NCBI GenBank assembly: GCA_964497525.1
Contig: CAZCDT010000060.1
Coordinates: 1-18,592 of the forward strand
DNA length: 18,592 nucleotides
Reading direction: 5' to 3'
Source: an uncultured Bacteriovoracaceae bacterium
GTDB taxonomy: Bacteria; Bdellovibrionota; Bacteriovoracia; Bacteriovoracales; Bacteriovoracaceae
Positions 7,559 to 16,133 of the stretch are shown piece after piece. The translations under genes were made by a program, and so were the position numbers. The notes under the pieces are model-generated. The model did not search any database, was not told the origin of the DNA, and worked only from the letters and a program-made list of their open reading frames with translations. Positions within the stretch are counted from its first letter, which is position 1. Every line of letters begins with the position of its first letter.

Positions 7559-8438
7559 ATTAAAGAGAGCAAAGCTAATGCTAAAGCTCCTTGGCCACCA
7601 TCTCTGTAAAAATTTTGTTACTGATGCTGATTATGCGAAAGAATACGATACGGTATCTTTAACCTATGATATTTGGCAAGCACAAATGGGCAAACATACC
7701 GATGCCATGATTACTGCCTTAAAAAAATATTTACCAGAAAATAGCTCAAACAATTTTAACGTATTAGATATCGCTTGCGGAACAGGATATATCACAAATG
7801 CGATAAACTTAATTAATCCAGAAGCTAAAATTACAGGAATTGATATATCTGCAGGCATGTTAAAAAAGTGTCAAGAAAATAATAAAAACTGTAAAAACCT
7901 AACTCTTTTAAACCAAGATGCTCTATCCTTTTTAAAAAATAGTTCACAAAAATTTGACCTTATAACTTGTGGTTGGGGAATTTCTTATTTTGACCCAGAA
8001 ATTCTTCTTAAAGCATGTGCTAATGCATTAACAAAAAATGGGCTCGTTGCTTTTATTGGAAATAGGCAGGGAACACTAAATGGTTTATTAGAGTGCTACT
8101 TAAATGTCATGACAAAGCATCAAGATCAAGTTGGAAAGCTTTTAAATATTTCTTCCAAACTTGCAAAAGATAAAAACGACTTCCAATCATGGTTTGAAAA
8201 ATCTGGTTTTGTAACACTTAAAGCATGTGATGGAGTTGAAGTTGTCTGTAAAAAAACAGCGAATGAACTATATCACTGGATTCAAGACTCTGGAGCAGGA
8301 GCTGGAACTAGAGTTATGTTTAAAAATGAATTTGTTATCAAACCATCGATTATTAGTGAACTTTCAGAAAAAATGAAAAGCCAAAACCAATACTGCATCA
8401 ATCATAATTTCGTTTGGATTGTTGCAAGAAAAATGTGA
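7539..8438 (+). CDS. Class I SAM-dependent methyltransferase (UbiE/CmoA/BioC-like N-terminal pattern) with a ~130-aa C-terminal extension.
   Basis: Motif I is VLDIACGTGYITNAI, with ITGIDIS post-I, NLTLLNQDALSFL and FDLITCGWGISYF. The preceding YD...YD...G.H pattern is typical of UbiE/CmoA-type enzymes. It overlaps the upstream methyltransferase by 20 nt, indicating an operon. Confidence 0.8.
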   Translation: MSFVQNKLKRAKLMLKLLGHHLCKNFVTDADYAKEYDTVSLTYDIWQAQMGKHTDAMITALKKYLPENSSNNFNVLDIACGTGYITNAINLINPEAKITGIDISAGMLKKCQENNKNCKNLTLLNQDALSFLKNSSQKFDLITCGWGISYFDPEILLKACANALTKNGLVAFIGNRQGTLNGLLECYLNVMTKHQDQVGKLLNISSKLAKDKNDFQSWFEKSGFVTLKACDGVEVVCKKTANELYHWIQDSGAGAGTRVMFKNEFVIKPSIISELSEKMKSQNQYCINHNFVWIVARKM

Positions 8439-8447
8439 GGAGACTTA

Positions 8448-9781
8448 TGTATTTATCAAATTTACCAACAATTATTCGTATGATTTGCGATAAAAATGTT
8501 AGAAATTTTTTAAAGCAAGCAGATCAAAAATTCTCATCAAATGCAGAGAGTAAAAACTATAGCAAAAAACAGCTTTTTGAAATCGTAAAAGCGATGTTTG
8601 ATGGTGAAAAAATTGTTCATCATCAAGGGAAATATGTGTTTTCATCTTTTTTACCTCCGGTACCATCTGGAGCATTAAAAAATGGAATAAGAAAAGAGAG
8701 TCGTTCATACAGTGATAGGGTAACATCTAAAAGAGATGCTCCCGTTTCTATGTATATGGCAATCACAAAAAGATGTCCTTACCGTTGCGCGCACTGTAGT
8801 GCTGCAATTTCAGATGGCAAAGATGAATTAACAACAAATGAGTGGCAAAAAATAATTGCCGATCTTCAAAATATGGGAGTGGGGATTATTGGTTTAACAG
8901 GAGGCGAACCTCTTCTTCGAAGCGACGTAGAAGAACTAATTTCTTCAATTGATGATCGCTCTGTTCCTTTTTTATTTACAAGCGGTGCTGGCCTTACCAA
9001 AGAGAGAGCTCTTAGCTTAAAAAGAAGTGGTCTTTTTGCTATAGGCATTAGTCTTGATTCATATATTAAAGAAGTTCATAATCAAAGAAGAGGTGGCAAT
9101 AAGGCCTTTGATCTTGCAATCGCTGCTATGAAAAATGCCAAGGCCGCCGGTCTTTACACTATGGCACAAATCGTTGTTTATAAACATCAACTAAACCGTG
9201 ACTACTTCTTTAAATATTTAAAATTTGTAAAATCAATCGGAGTACACGAAGTTCGAGTACTGGAACCAATTCGATGTGGAGAATTAATTAAGGAAAATGA
9301 CGATGTTTTTTATACCGCAAAAGATCGTAAACTTTTAATAGAACTTCATCATGAAGCAAATCGAAGGCCATGGCTTCCAAAGGTTACAACTTTTGCATAT
9401 ACCGAAAGCTATGAACGTTTTGGTTGCGGGGCCGGAGTACAGCATTCATATATTAATGAGAAAGGCGAACTTTTTCCTTGCGACTTTTTGCCGATGAGTT
9501 TTGGTAACGTAGTTAAAGAAGGTGTAAGTACTCTTTGGTCAAAAATGAGCGAGATCGTTGGAATTCCAAAACCTCACTGTTTTGCCCAAGTAGTAAATCA
9601 CGATTTGTGGAAAATATCTAAAGGCGAACTTCCTTTAGACACACAACGCTCCACAGATCTTTGTGTTAAGTACCAGGCAAAAGAGTATCCTCTAATTTAT
9701 AAAATGCTCCAACAATCTCCGGAGTTAAAGCTAAAAAGATCTCTTGTGGCAAAAACAGTGACAACAACGATAATAAAATAA
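8448..9781 (+). CDS. Radical SAM enzyme with a C-terminal SPASM/twitch-like Cys cluster and a ~105-aa N-terminal extension.
   Basis: The ATG at 8448 is preceded by a GAGGAG SD 5 nt upstream. The track start at 8414 is a TTG inside the end of the upstream methyltransferase. The CxxxCxxC motif is TKRCPYRCAHCS (Cys 109/113/116 from the ATG), with a GGEP SAM-binding motif (GLTGGEPLL). The C-terminal region reads RCGEL...FGCGAGVQHSYINEKGELFPCDFLP...PHCF...DLCV, consistent with a SPASM/twitch auxiliary-cluster domain. Confidence 0.8.
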
Positions 9782-9792
9782 GGATCTATTGC

Positions 9793-11343
9793 ATGGTAAC
9801 AAAAATCATATTTTTACTTTTTTTAACAACAAAACTAATCTTGCCAACTGCTATTGCAACAGAAAGTGGCGATGGAACTTTTGACGATCATAGTTTTTTA
9901 TATGAACAAACATCATCATTTTTAGATGATATAACAGAGCGCTCTTTTTATGCTTTTAAGAAAGAGAGACATACACTAGACGCTTTAAATGCAGAAGAAT
10001 ATCCTTTTGTTTTAAGAACAAGAGTTCCACATGAAGTTGTTATCGTTGACAAGGGTATTGCTGAGTTAGAACTGCGACTACAAATGATTAATAAGGCAAA
10101 AAAAAGCATTAACTATGAAATGTTTTTGATCGAACATGACGAAAGTACAAAAATAGTAATGCAACACTTGATGAAAAAAAGTCGAGAGGGCGTTGATGTA
10201 AAAATTTTAATCGATGATCTTCCTTTACTCGTATATTTTGATAAAGCATATATGGCCGTTTTACTTGAAAGTGGAATCAAAATAAAAACATATAATAAAA
10301 GTAATGCTGTTCAACTTTTTGGAAAAGGACAGTATCGAAACCATCGAAAATATATTTCGATCGACCAAAAATTTGCTCTGGTAACAGGACGTAATCAATC
10401 AAATGAATACTTTAATCTTGGCGAAAAATTAAATTATTATGATAGAGGAATCCTTGTAACAGGACCAATAGTCTCTGACCTTGATAAACAATTTAATGCT
10501 TTTTGGCAGCACTCTTATACTACAGAATACAAACCAAAAACCAAAGATATAGACGCATACTTAAAATGGACAAAAAAAGAGAGAGATTATTTATACTCAA
10601 TAACAGATGATGACCTTTTGCTCAGAGATTTAATAAATAATCATGGCGAAGAAGAACTAAAAAAAATGCCTCGAGGTTTTTGCTCAAACATGATGATTAT
10701 AAGCGATTTGCCAGGTAGAGGAATGAAGAAAAAAAGACTACATAGGGAAATTTTTAAAAGGATACAAGAAGCAAGAGATACTGTCTTAATAGAATCTCCA
10801 AGTGTTATTCTTGAATTATTTGAAAGAGATATTTTCAGAGAGTTACTACAAAAAAATGTCGAAATAAAAATTAATACAAACACCTATATGTTTCCATTAA
10901 AAGATGCAGCCGCAATGCTCGACATAAATGTTTCTAATGATAATATGAGCTACTGGAACAGAAAAGGCGTTATTGTTTACACTCCAACAGGAAAAGAAAC
11001 AATACACGAGCCACAAGTAAATTTTAAAAATAGACAAAATAATTCTGGTTGGAATATTCATACAAAATCGATCATCATCGATCATAAAGATTTCATGATC
11101 GGAAGCTATAATATTGATCCAAGATCAAAAGAGTTTTCATCTGAAATGGCAATTTTTTGCGAAGGGAATAAAGAATTAACAAAAGAAGTTGAAGATCTTT
11201 TTTATCAAAGAGCAAATGACGGTGTTTTATTTGAAAAAAACAATAGACCTCCTGGGGGATTTTTGAAAGATACGAGCACAAAAACAAAGATATTATATAA
11301 TCTGCAAAAACCTTTTGTGCATCTTTTTAAATGGCTTCTTTAA
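9793..11343 (+). CDS. Secreted phospholipase D / phosphatidyltransferase superfamily protein with two HKD motifs.
   Basis: The signal peptide is MVTKIIFLLFLTTKLILPTAIA. HKD motif 1 is HRKYISIDQKFALVTGRNQSN (HxKxxxxD...GxN). HKD motif 2 is HTKSIIIDHKDFMIGSYNID (HxKxxxxD...GSxN). It starts 11 nt after the radical-SAM gene's stop, on the same strand. Confidence 0.8.
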   Translation: MVTKIIFLLFLTTKLILPTAIATESGDGTFDDHSFLYEQTSSFLDDITERSFYAFKKERHTLDALNAEEYPFVLRTRVPHEVVIVDKGIAELELRLQMINKAKKSINYEMFLIEHDESTKIVMQHLMKKSREGVDVKILIDDLPLLVYFDKAYMAVLLESGIKIKTYNKSNAVQLFGKGQYRNHRKYISIDQKFALVTGRNQSNEYFNLGEKLNYYDRGILVTGPIVSDLDKQFNAFWQHSYTTEYKPKTKDIDAYLKWTKKERDYLYSITDDDLLLRDLINNHGEEELKKMPRGFCSNMMIISDLPGRGMKKKRLHREIFKRIQEARDTVLIESPSVILELFERDIFRELLQKNVEIKINTNTYMFPLKDAAAMLDINVSNDNMSYWNRKGVIVYTPTGKETIHEPQVNFKNRQNNSGWNIHTKSIIIDHKDFMIGSYNIDPRSKEFSSEMAIFCEGNKELTKEVEDLFYQRANDGVLFEKNNRPPGGFLKDTSTKTKILYNLQKPFVHLFKWLL

Positions 11344-12253
11344 CTTGTTCTTGAAATTTGCTTTGCAAGAGTTCATCAAGCCATTTTTTTAAAGCATTAT
11401 CATATAAGTGCTTGGCAAGATATTTAAATCCTGATTTGCCTAAATGAAATGGATCTTGATACAGCGCTCCAGTAAGTATTCTGATTTTAAACATTGCTTC
11501 AGTATCATTTTCTATTTCTGGATTTCCTCCAATTTGCATTGGATTTTCTGGTGGAGAAATTTCTTCTGGTGGTAGAGTCTGTCTAGGCATAAGACCTACG
11601 CGAGAGTTCCCAAAATAATAATGCATCAATCCAAAATGATGAACATATCTAACATTATCACCATTATCAACTTTAGAAATTGCCTTACTTATTCTAAGTA
11701 ATCGAGCATTCATAACATCTGGAGATGGTCTTCCATGGTGATTAAAGGCCTTAACAAATTTTGGTAATAATTTTGTAAATTTTAAAAAATTCGGATAGTC
11801 ATATCCACTTACAAGAACTTTTATATCCGAACGCACGTCTTGTATTTTATCAATAATTTTTTGAACATTCCTATAAGATTCCTCAAATGCCGCCCACTCT
11901 TCTGCTGGTGTCATCTCAGGATTCCAATGGTATCTCATATCATTGCCACCAACACTAAGAATTACTATTTTTATATCTACACTATCTCTAATTTTTTTTT
12001 CAATTCTATTTAAATATTTTTCGCTGGCCCATTGATGCGATGTTGATCCCTTGTCTGTCATATTAATACAACCACGAATTTTTACTTTATTATAAACTTT
12101 ATTCTCCTTTAGCACTCCGGCCAATGAACCATTTAGACACATAAATGCGGCCCAACTATCACCCATCATAAGAATTGCGGGTCTTTCAATATCTTTAGAA
12201 AAAACTAAATTAGAAAAAAGAAGTATCGCAAGGATTAATGATATTAAACGCAT
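11327..12253 (-). CDS. Secreted SGNH/GDSL-family hydrolase (lipase/esterase).
   Basis: The ATG at 12253 (MRLISLILAILLFSNLVFS, a signal peptide) is preceded by a GAAGGAG SD. The track start at 12268 is a TTG in that SD. Block I is GDSW (LMMGDSWAAF), block III is GGND (LSVGGNDM) and block V is DxxH (DPFHLG). Its 3' end overlaps the convergent PLD gene by 17 nt. Confidence 0.8.
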   Translation of the reverse strand: MRLISLILAILLFSNLVFSKDIERPAILMMGDSWAAFMCLNGSLAGVLKENKVYNKVKIRGCINMTDKGSTSHQWASEKYLNRIEKKIRDSVDIKIVILSVGGNDMRYHWNPEMTPAEEWAAFEESYRNVQKIIDKIQDVRSDIKVLVSGYDYPNFLKFTKLLPKFVKAFNHHGRPSPDVMNARLLRISKAISKVDNGDNVRYVHHFGLMHYYFGNSRVGLMPRQTLPPEEISPPENPMQIGGNPEIENDTEAMFKIRILTGALYQDPFHLGKSGFKYLAKHLYDNALKKWLDELLQSKFQEQVKEAI

Positions 12254-12445
12254 TTTTAACTCCTTCAAATATATTACGACTTTATGCTAAAAACACAGCA
12301 ACGAATAATTCTTTTTACATACTTTTTCCACAACACCGAGCGTTAACTGATATTTTTTACACGCTTTTTTACCGGTTATCCTTTGTATTTTAATAGAAGT
12401 TTGTTACTTTTATTTTCTAATTTTATATCAAACAAGGAGTTTAAA

Positions 12446-13276
12446 ATGTCTGAATTTGAAAAAGCAATGAATGAAATCTTTAGAGGGCAAAATCCCCTAC
12501 TAAAAGGTGGATTTTTTCTTATTATTTTCTTAGGCATTATTATTGTACTGTCATCATACTACATCATAAATCCAGGACATCGAGGAGTGATGGTAACTCT
12601 TGGTTCTGTGTCAAAAGATTTTAAAGCAGAGGGACTTGGGTTTAAAATGCCTCTCATTTCTCAAATAATACAAATACCAGTTAAGCAAATTACCGTCGCA
12701 ACAAATGCTGAATCATATTCGTCAGATCTTCAGCAAATCAATATTGGTCTTTCTGTTTTATATCGTATTCCAGAACAATCTGTTGTCCCTCTATATCGCC
12801 AATATGCAGGAAATGTTTTTGAAGCATTAATTGATCCAAGGGTTCAAGAAGCAGTGAAAGAAGCAGTGGCACTTGAAAGTGCAGAAAGCATTGTTAAAAA
12901 AAGAGAGTTAATAAAAAATAGATCTCTGGAACTTGCGAGAAAAAAAATCGGAGATATTTTAATTATTGAAGATTTAGTGATTAGAAACATTGGCCTATCA
13001 AAAGAGTTAGAAAATGCAATTGAACAAAAAATGGTGCAAGAGCAAGAAGCTGCTAAAGCAAAATTTACCCAGCAAAAAGCAGAGATTGAGGCCAAGACAG
13101 CTATTATTAAAGCACAAGGGGAAGCACAGGCTATCAGTGTTCGCGGAAAAGCAATTAGAGAAAATCCTGGAGTTATTGATTTACAATTAATAGAAAAATG
13201 GAATGGAGTTAGTCCTTTGGTTGTTGGAGGAAATGGTAAAGGAGCAAATATTTTATTACCTATTAATCAGAAATAA
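12446..13276 (+). CDS. SPFH/band-7 (prohibitin/HflKC-like) membrane protein.
   Basis: The ATG at 12446 is preceded by an AAGGAG SD. The track start at 12383 is TTG. It has an N-terminal TM (FFLIIFLGIIIVLSSYYII), a PHB domain, and a C-terminal coiled-coil rich in Ala/Glu/Gln/Lys (EQKMVQEQEAAKAKFTQQKAEIEAKTAIIKAQGEAQA). Confidence 0.8.
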   Translation: MSEFEKAMNEIFRGQNPLLKGGFFLIIFLGIIIVLSSYYIINPGHRGVMVTLGSVSKDFKAEGLGFKMPLISQIIQIPVKQITVATNAESYSSDLQQINIGLSVLYRIPEQSVVPLYRQYAGNVFEALIDPRVQEAVKEAVALESAESIVKKRELIKNRSLELARKKIGDILIIEDLVIRNIGLSKELENAIEQKMVQEQEAAKAKFTQQKAEIEAKTAIIKAQGEAQAISVRGKAIRENPGVIDLQLIEKWNGVSPLVVGGNGKGANILLPINQK

Positions 13277-13292
13277 TTGCATACATAACCTT

Positions 13293-13362
13293 TGGCACAA
13301 TTTGCTGGTTACAAGCTGGCCAAATTTTTTTTAAAGCTGGCATTTTGTGCCCATTTTTTTTA
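13293..13362 (+). terminator. Possible intrinsic terminator after the SPFH gene (7-bp stem, long loop, then a T-run).
   Basis: GGCACAA at about 13293..13299 pairs with TTGTGCC at about 13344..13350 and is followed by CATTTTTTTTAATTTT. The loop is long (~44 nt) and has internal GCCA/TGGC pairing. This is weaker than the terminator at 16566..16606. Confidence 0.3.
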
Positions 13363-13523
13363 ATTTTCTAAAATATACACTATTCTTTTATACTCTTAGT
13401 CACAACAATACTTTGACTTGTATTTTTGGAAACAAAGAATGAATAATAGAAAATAAAGATAGCGAAGAGATATCAAACGATATACTTTATCGACAAAAAG
13501 CGTGGGAACTTGAAACTTCAAAA

Positions 13524-14237
13524 ATGGCCCTTTTGGGTGAAATGGCCGGAGGTATGGCCCATGAAATAAATACCCCTCTTGGAGCAATCCTTCTTAGTCT
13601 AGGACAAATAAAAACGGCCATTAACAAACCAGTTATTCCAAAAGAGTTAATCACTGAAATTGTTGATGATATCGAAAGTTCTGTTGCTCATATTTCAAAA
13701 ATAATTAAAGCATTAAAAAGTTATTCAAGGGATGGAAAGAATGGTCGTTTTGTTTTTTCTAATTTTTTAGAAATCATAGATGATGCAATTCAAATTTGTG
13801 AATATAAATTAAAGCATCACTCTATTTCTATTGAAGTAAAAAATAGCGATAATTCAAAAGAAAACTGGGGACTAGAGTGTAATCCAACTCAAATAAATCA
13901 AGTTATCGTAAATCTAGTCAATAACGCAAGAGATGCAATTAAAGAACACAAAACTAAATGGATCAAAATTGATATCGATAAAGATGATCAAAAAATTTAT
14001 ATTACCATAACTGATAGCGGAAAAGGGATTCCACAGAATGTTCAGAAAAAAATTTTTAATCCTTTCTTTACAACAAAAGAAATAGGAAAGGGCACAGGGC
14101 TTGGTCTTTCTGTTTGCAAAGGAATAATTGAATTACATGGAGGAACGATTCAATTAGATAAAGAGAATGAAAATACCTGCTTTAAAATAGATTTACCAAG
14201 AAGACCACCTCCTCCAGAGGAAGAATCAAATGAATAG
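13524..14237 (+). CDS. Cytoplasmic, sensor-less histidine kinase (HisKA + HATPase_c only).
   Basis: The H-box is MAHEINTPLGAIL, the N-box NLVNNARDA, G1 ITDSGKGIP and G2 GKGTGLGLSV. There are no TM segments and no sensor domain, and the product is only 237 aa. The start is uncertain: there is no SD, and the in-frame upstream codons already look like part of the dimerisation helix. The 3' end overlaps the response-regulator gene by 8 nt. Confidence 0.75.
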   Translation: MALLGEMAGGMAHEINTPLGAILLSLGQIKTAINKPVIPKELITEIVDDIESSVAHISKIIKALKSYSRDGKNGRFVFSNFLEIIDDAIQICEYKLKHHSISIEVKNSDNSKENWGLECNPTQINQVIVNLVNNARDAIKEHKTKWIKIDIDKDDQKIYITITDSGKGIPQNVQKKIFNPFFTTKEIGKGTGLGLSVCKGIIELHGGTIQLDKENENTCFKIDLPRRPPPPEEESNE

Positions 14238-15576
14238 TGAGATTTCAATTTTAGTTGTTGATGATGATGAAAAATTTAGAAAAACAGTTAAACGCAGTTT
14301 GCTGCTAGCTGATTATCAAGTTATGGAAGCAGATAATGGTGCTGATGCTAGTTTAATGTTGGATAAAAAAAGATTTGATTTAATAATTTCAGATATCAGG
14401 ATGCCAAAGATGGATGGTATCGAATTGTTAAATATAACCAGAAAAAAACACTCTCATATACCTGTAATTTTAATGACAGGTTTTTCTGAGATAATTGAAA
14501 TAACTGAGGCCTACGATCTTGGGGCACAAGGCTTTTTAAATAAACCATTTAAAGAAGATGCACTAATTCATGAAGTCGAGACAATTTTAAACAAAACAAA
14601 AGAGTCTTACTCTAAGACAAATGATTTTCATTTAAAAAACAGATTTAGATTCATTGACATAGGAGATTTCATAAACGGTAGCCAAATAAAATATCCTATT
14701 TTTTTAAAACTAAATGATAAAAAATTTGTAAAAATTGCTAACGAAGGAGAAGATCTTTCTGAAGATAGAATTGAAGTCCTAAGGAAGCGTGGGATTAAAG
14801 AACTGTATTTAGAAAAGGATCATTTTCAAGATTATGTCCAACATACATTAGGGTTTGCATATCATGTTTCAGCATCTCCACTTTATACAAATGAGCAAAA
14901 AGAAGATGTTTATATTACAACATGTAATTTATTAATAGAGCTTGGTATCAGTGAAGGAATGGATCCAATTATTTTTGAACAATCTTTAACATTAGTGAAA
15001 CAAACCCTTCTGCTTGTAATTGAGCAAGACGCACTATTTGCCCATCTTACGAAACTAAAAAACAGTTCTGAACGCGTCTACTCACATTGCATGAGTACTG
15101 CTCTTATTGCAATGATGCTTGCAAAAAAAGCACAGATTGTTTCTGTACATAATCATATGAAAATTATTATTGCAGCATTTTATCACGACATCGGACATGA
15201 TTATGAAAATAAAGAGTTAATGCAAAAATCACGTTTCCTCTATAACGAACACGAAATGGCCTTATATAAGGCCCACACGGAAAAAGGTGCAAAAATTCTT
15301 TCTGATATTCCAGAAATAACTCAAGATATTGTTGATATCGTTGCTCAGCACCACGAGACCGTAGATGGTGGCGGTTTTCCAAAAGGGCTAACAAAACATG
15401 CGATTCATCCACTTGCAAAAGTATTGCGGCTAGCTGATGAATACAGTAACTGGTTTATTGGTGTTCCCGGTTATGTAAAATTATCAAATCATAAATTAGT
15501 AATAGAAAAAATAGAATCAAATCATCAAAAGTATGATAAAAATCTATTAGAATATCTTAAATCACTATTTAAATAG
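14230..15576 (+). CDS. Response regulator: REC, then a DUF3391-like linker region, then an HD-GYP phosphohydrolase (GYP replaced by GFP).
   Basis: REC features are ILVVDDDE, the phospho-acceptor in DLIISDIRMPKMDG, and LNKPF. The middle region (IDIGDFINGSQIKYPIFLKLNDKKFVKIANEG...) resembles the domain found N-terminal to HD-GYP domains. The HD motif is FYHDIGHD, followed by HHETVDGGGFPKG. A GAGGAAG SD precedes the ATG. Confidence 0.8.
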   Translation: MNSEISILVVDDDEKFRKTVKRSLLLADYQVMEADNGADASLMLDKKRFDLIISDIRMPKMDGIELLNITRKKHSHIPVILMTGFSEIIEITEAYDLGAQGFLNKPFKEDALIHEVETILNKTKESYSKTNDFHLKNRFRFIDIGDFINGSQIKYPIFLKLNDKKFVKIANEGEDLSEDRIEVLRKRGIKELYLEKDHFQDYVQHTLGFAYHVSASPLYTNEQKEDVYITTCNLLIELGISEGMDPIIFEQSLTLVKQTLLLVIEQDALFAHLTKLKNSSERVYSHCMSTALIAMMLAKKAQIVSVHNHMKIIIAAFYHDIGHDYENKELMQKSRFLYNEHEMALYKAHTEKGAKILSDIPEITQDIVDIVAQHHETVDGGGFPKGLTKHAIHPLAKVLRLADEYSNWFIGVPGYVKLSNHKLVIEKIESNHQKYDKNLLEYLKSLFK

Positions 15577-15608
15577 CTTAAAAGTCGTAACTATTTTAGA
15601 TTATTTTA

Positions 15609-15950
15609 CTAAAACTCTTCACAGCTAATAATTGCAGAAGACTCTTGGTTATCTACGGTTAACATTCCATCAGAAACTAGAGCTATAACTTGATTATTGT
15701 CTAACACCAATAATTTCTCAATTCCTGCATCATTAGATTGTTTAATAATTTTTGCAACAGCATCAGGATAAAGCTGGCCAAAACCATTACCGCGACTAAT
15801 TGATACTTGATTAAATGAACCTGAAACATCAGACTGGGCCTTAATGAATGAGCCATTTTCTGCATGACAAAATATCATTGTATTTGCAAAGACGTTAATA
15901 GTCATAGTCATCAAAGCACAAGCTGTAATAATACGTAGTTTATTTATCAT
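15609..15950 (-). CDS. Small secreted protein of unknown function.
   Basis: The product is 113 aa. The ATG at 15950 is preceded by a GGGAG SD. The N-terminal signal-like region is MINKLRIITACALMTMTINVFA. I recognised no domain. Confidence 0.5.
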   Translation of the reverse strand: MINKLRIITACALMTMTINVFANTMIFCHAENGSFIKAQSDVSGSFNQVSISRGNGFGQLYPDAVAKIIKQSNDAGIEKLLVLDNNQVIALVSDGMLTVDNQESSAIISCEEF

Positions 15951-16069
15951 ATAAATCTCCCTTTTTTATTCAATCACGCTTAGGTTTTTGTAATATAAGA
16001 TGATTTTTTCTAAAAAAAAATATATCTTCACTATCTGTAAACTTTATATGCTATTTTGGTAAAAAAAGA

Positions 16070-16098
16070 TTGCCGAACAATATTTATCAGATTAGATT
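16070..16098 (+). promoter_or_regulatory. Candidate sigma70-type promoter for the 16134..16490 gene.
   Basis: TTGCCG (16070..16075), a 17-nt spacer, then TAGATT (16093..16098). It lies ~35 nt upstream of the AGGAG SD and ATG. This is a hexamer-spacing match only. Confidence 0.3.
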
Positions 16099-16133
16099 TT
16101 GCTCGTAAAAAAACAAAACAACAGGAGATTATA

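Noticed and set aside
7664-11287. Minus-strand ORFs 7664..7858, 8499..8726, 8866..9048, 10641..10883, 10897..11085 and 11093..11287.
   Set aside because: They are antisense to the methyltransferase, radical-SAM and PLD genes. They are short and hydrophobic or low-complexity, with no SD.
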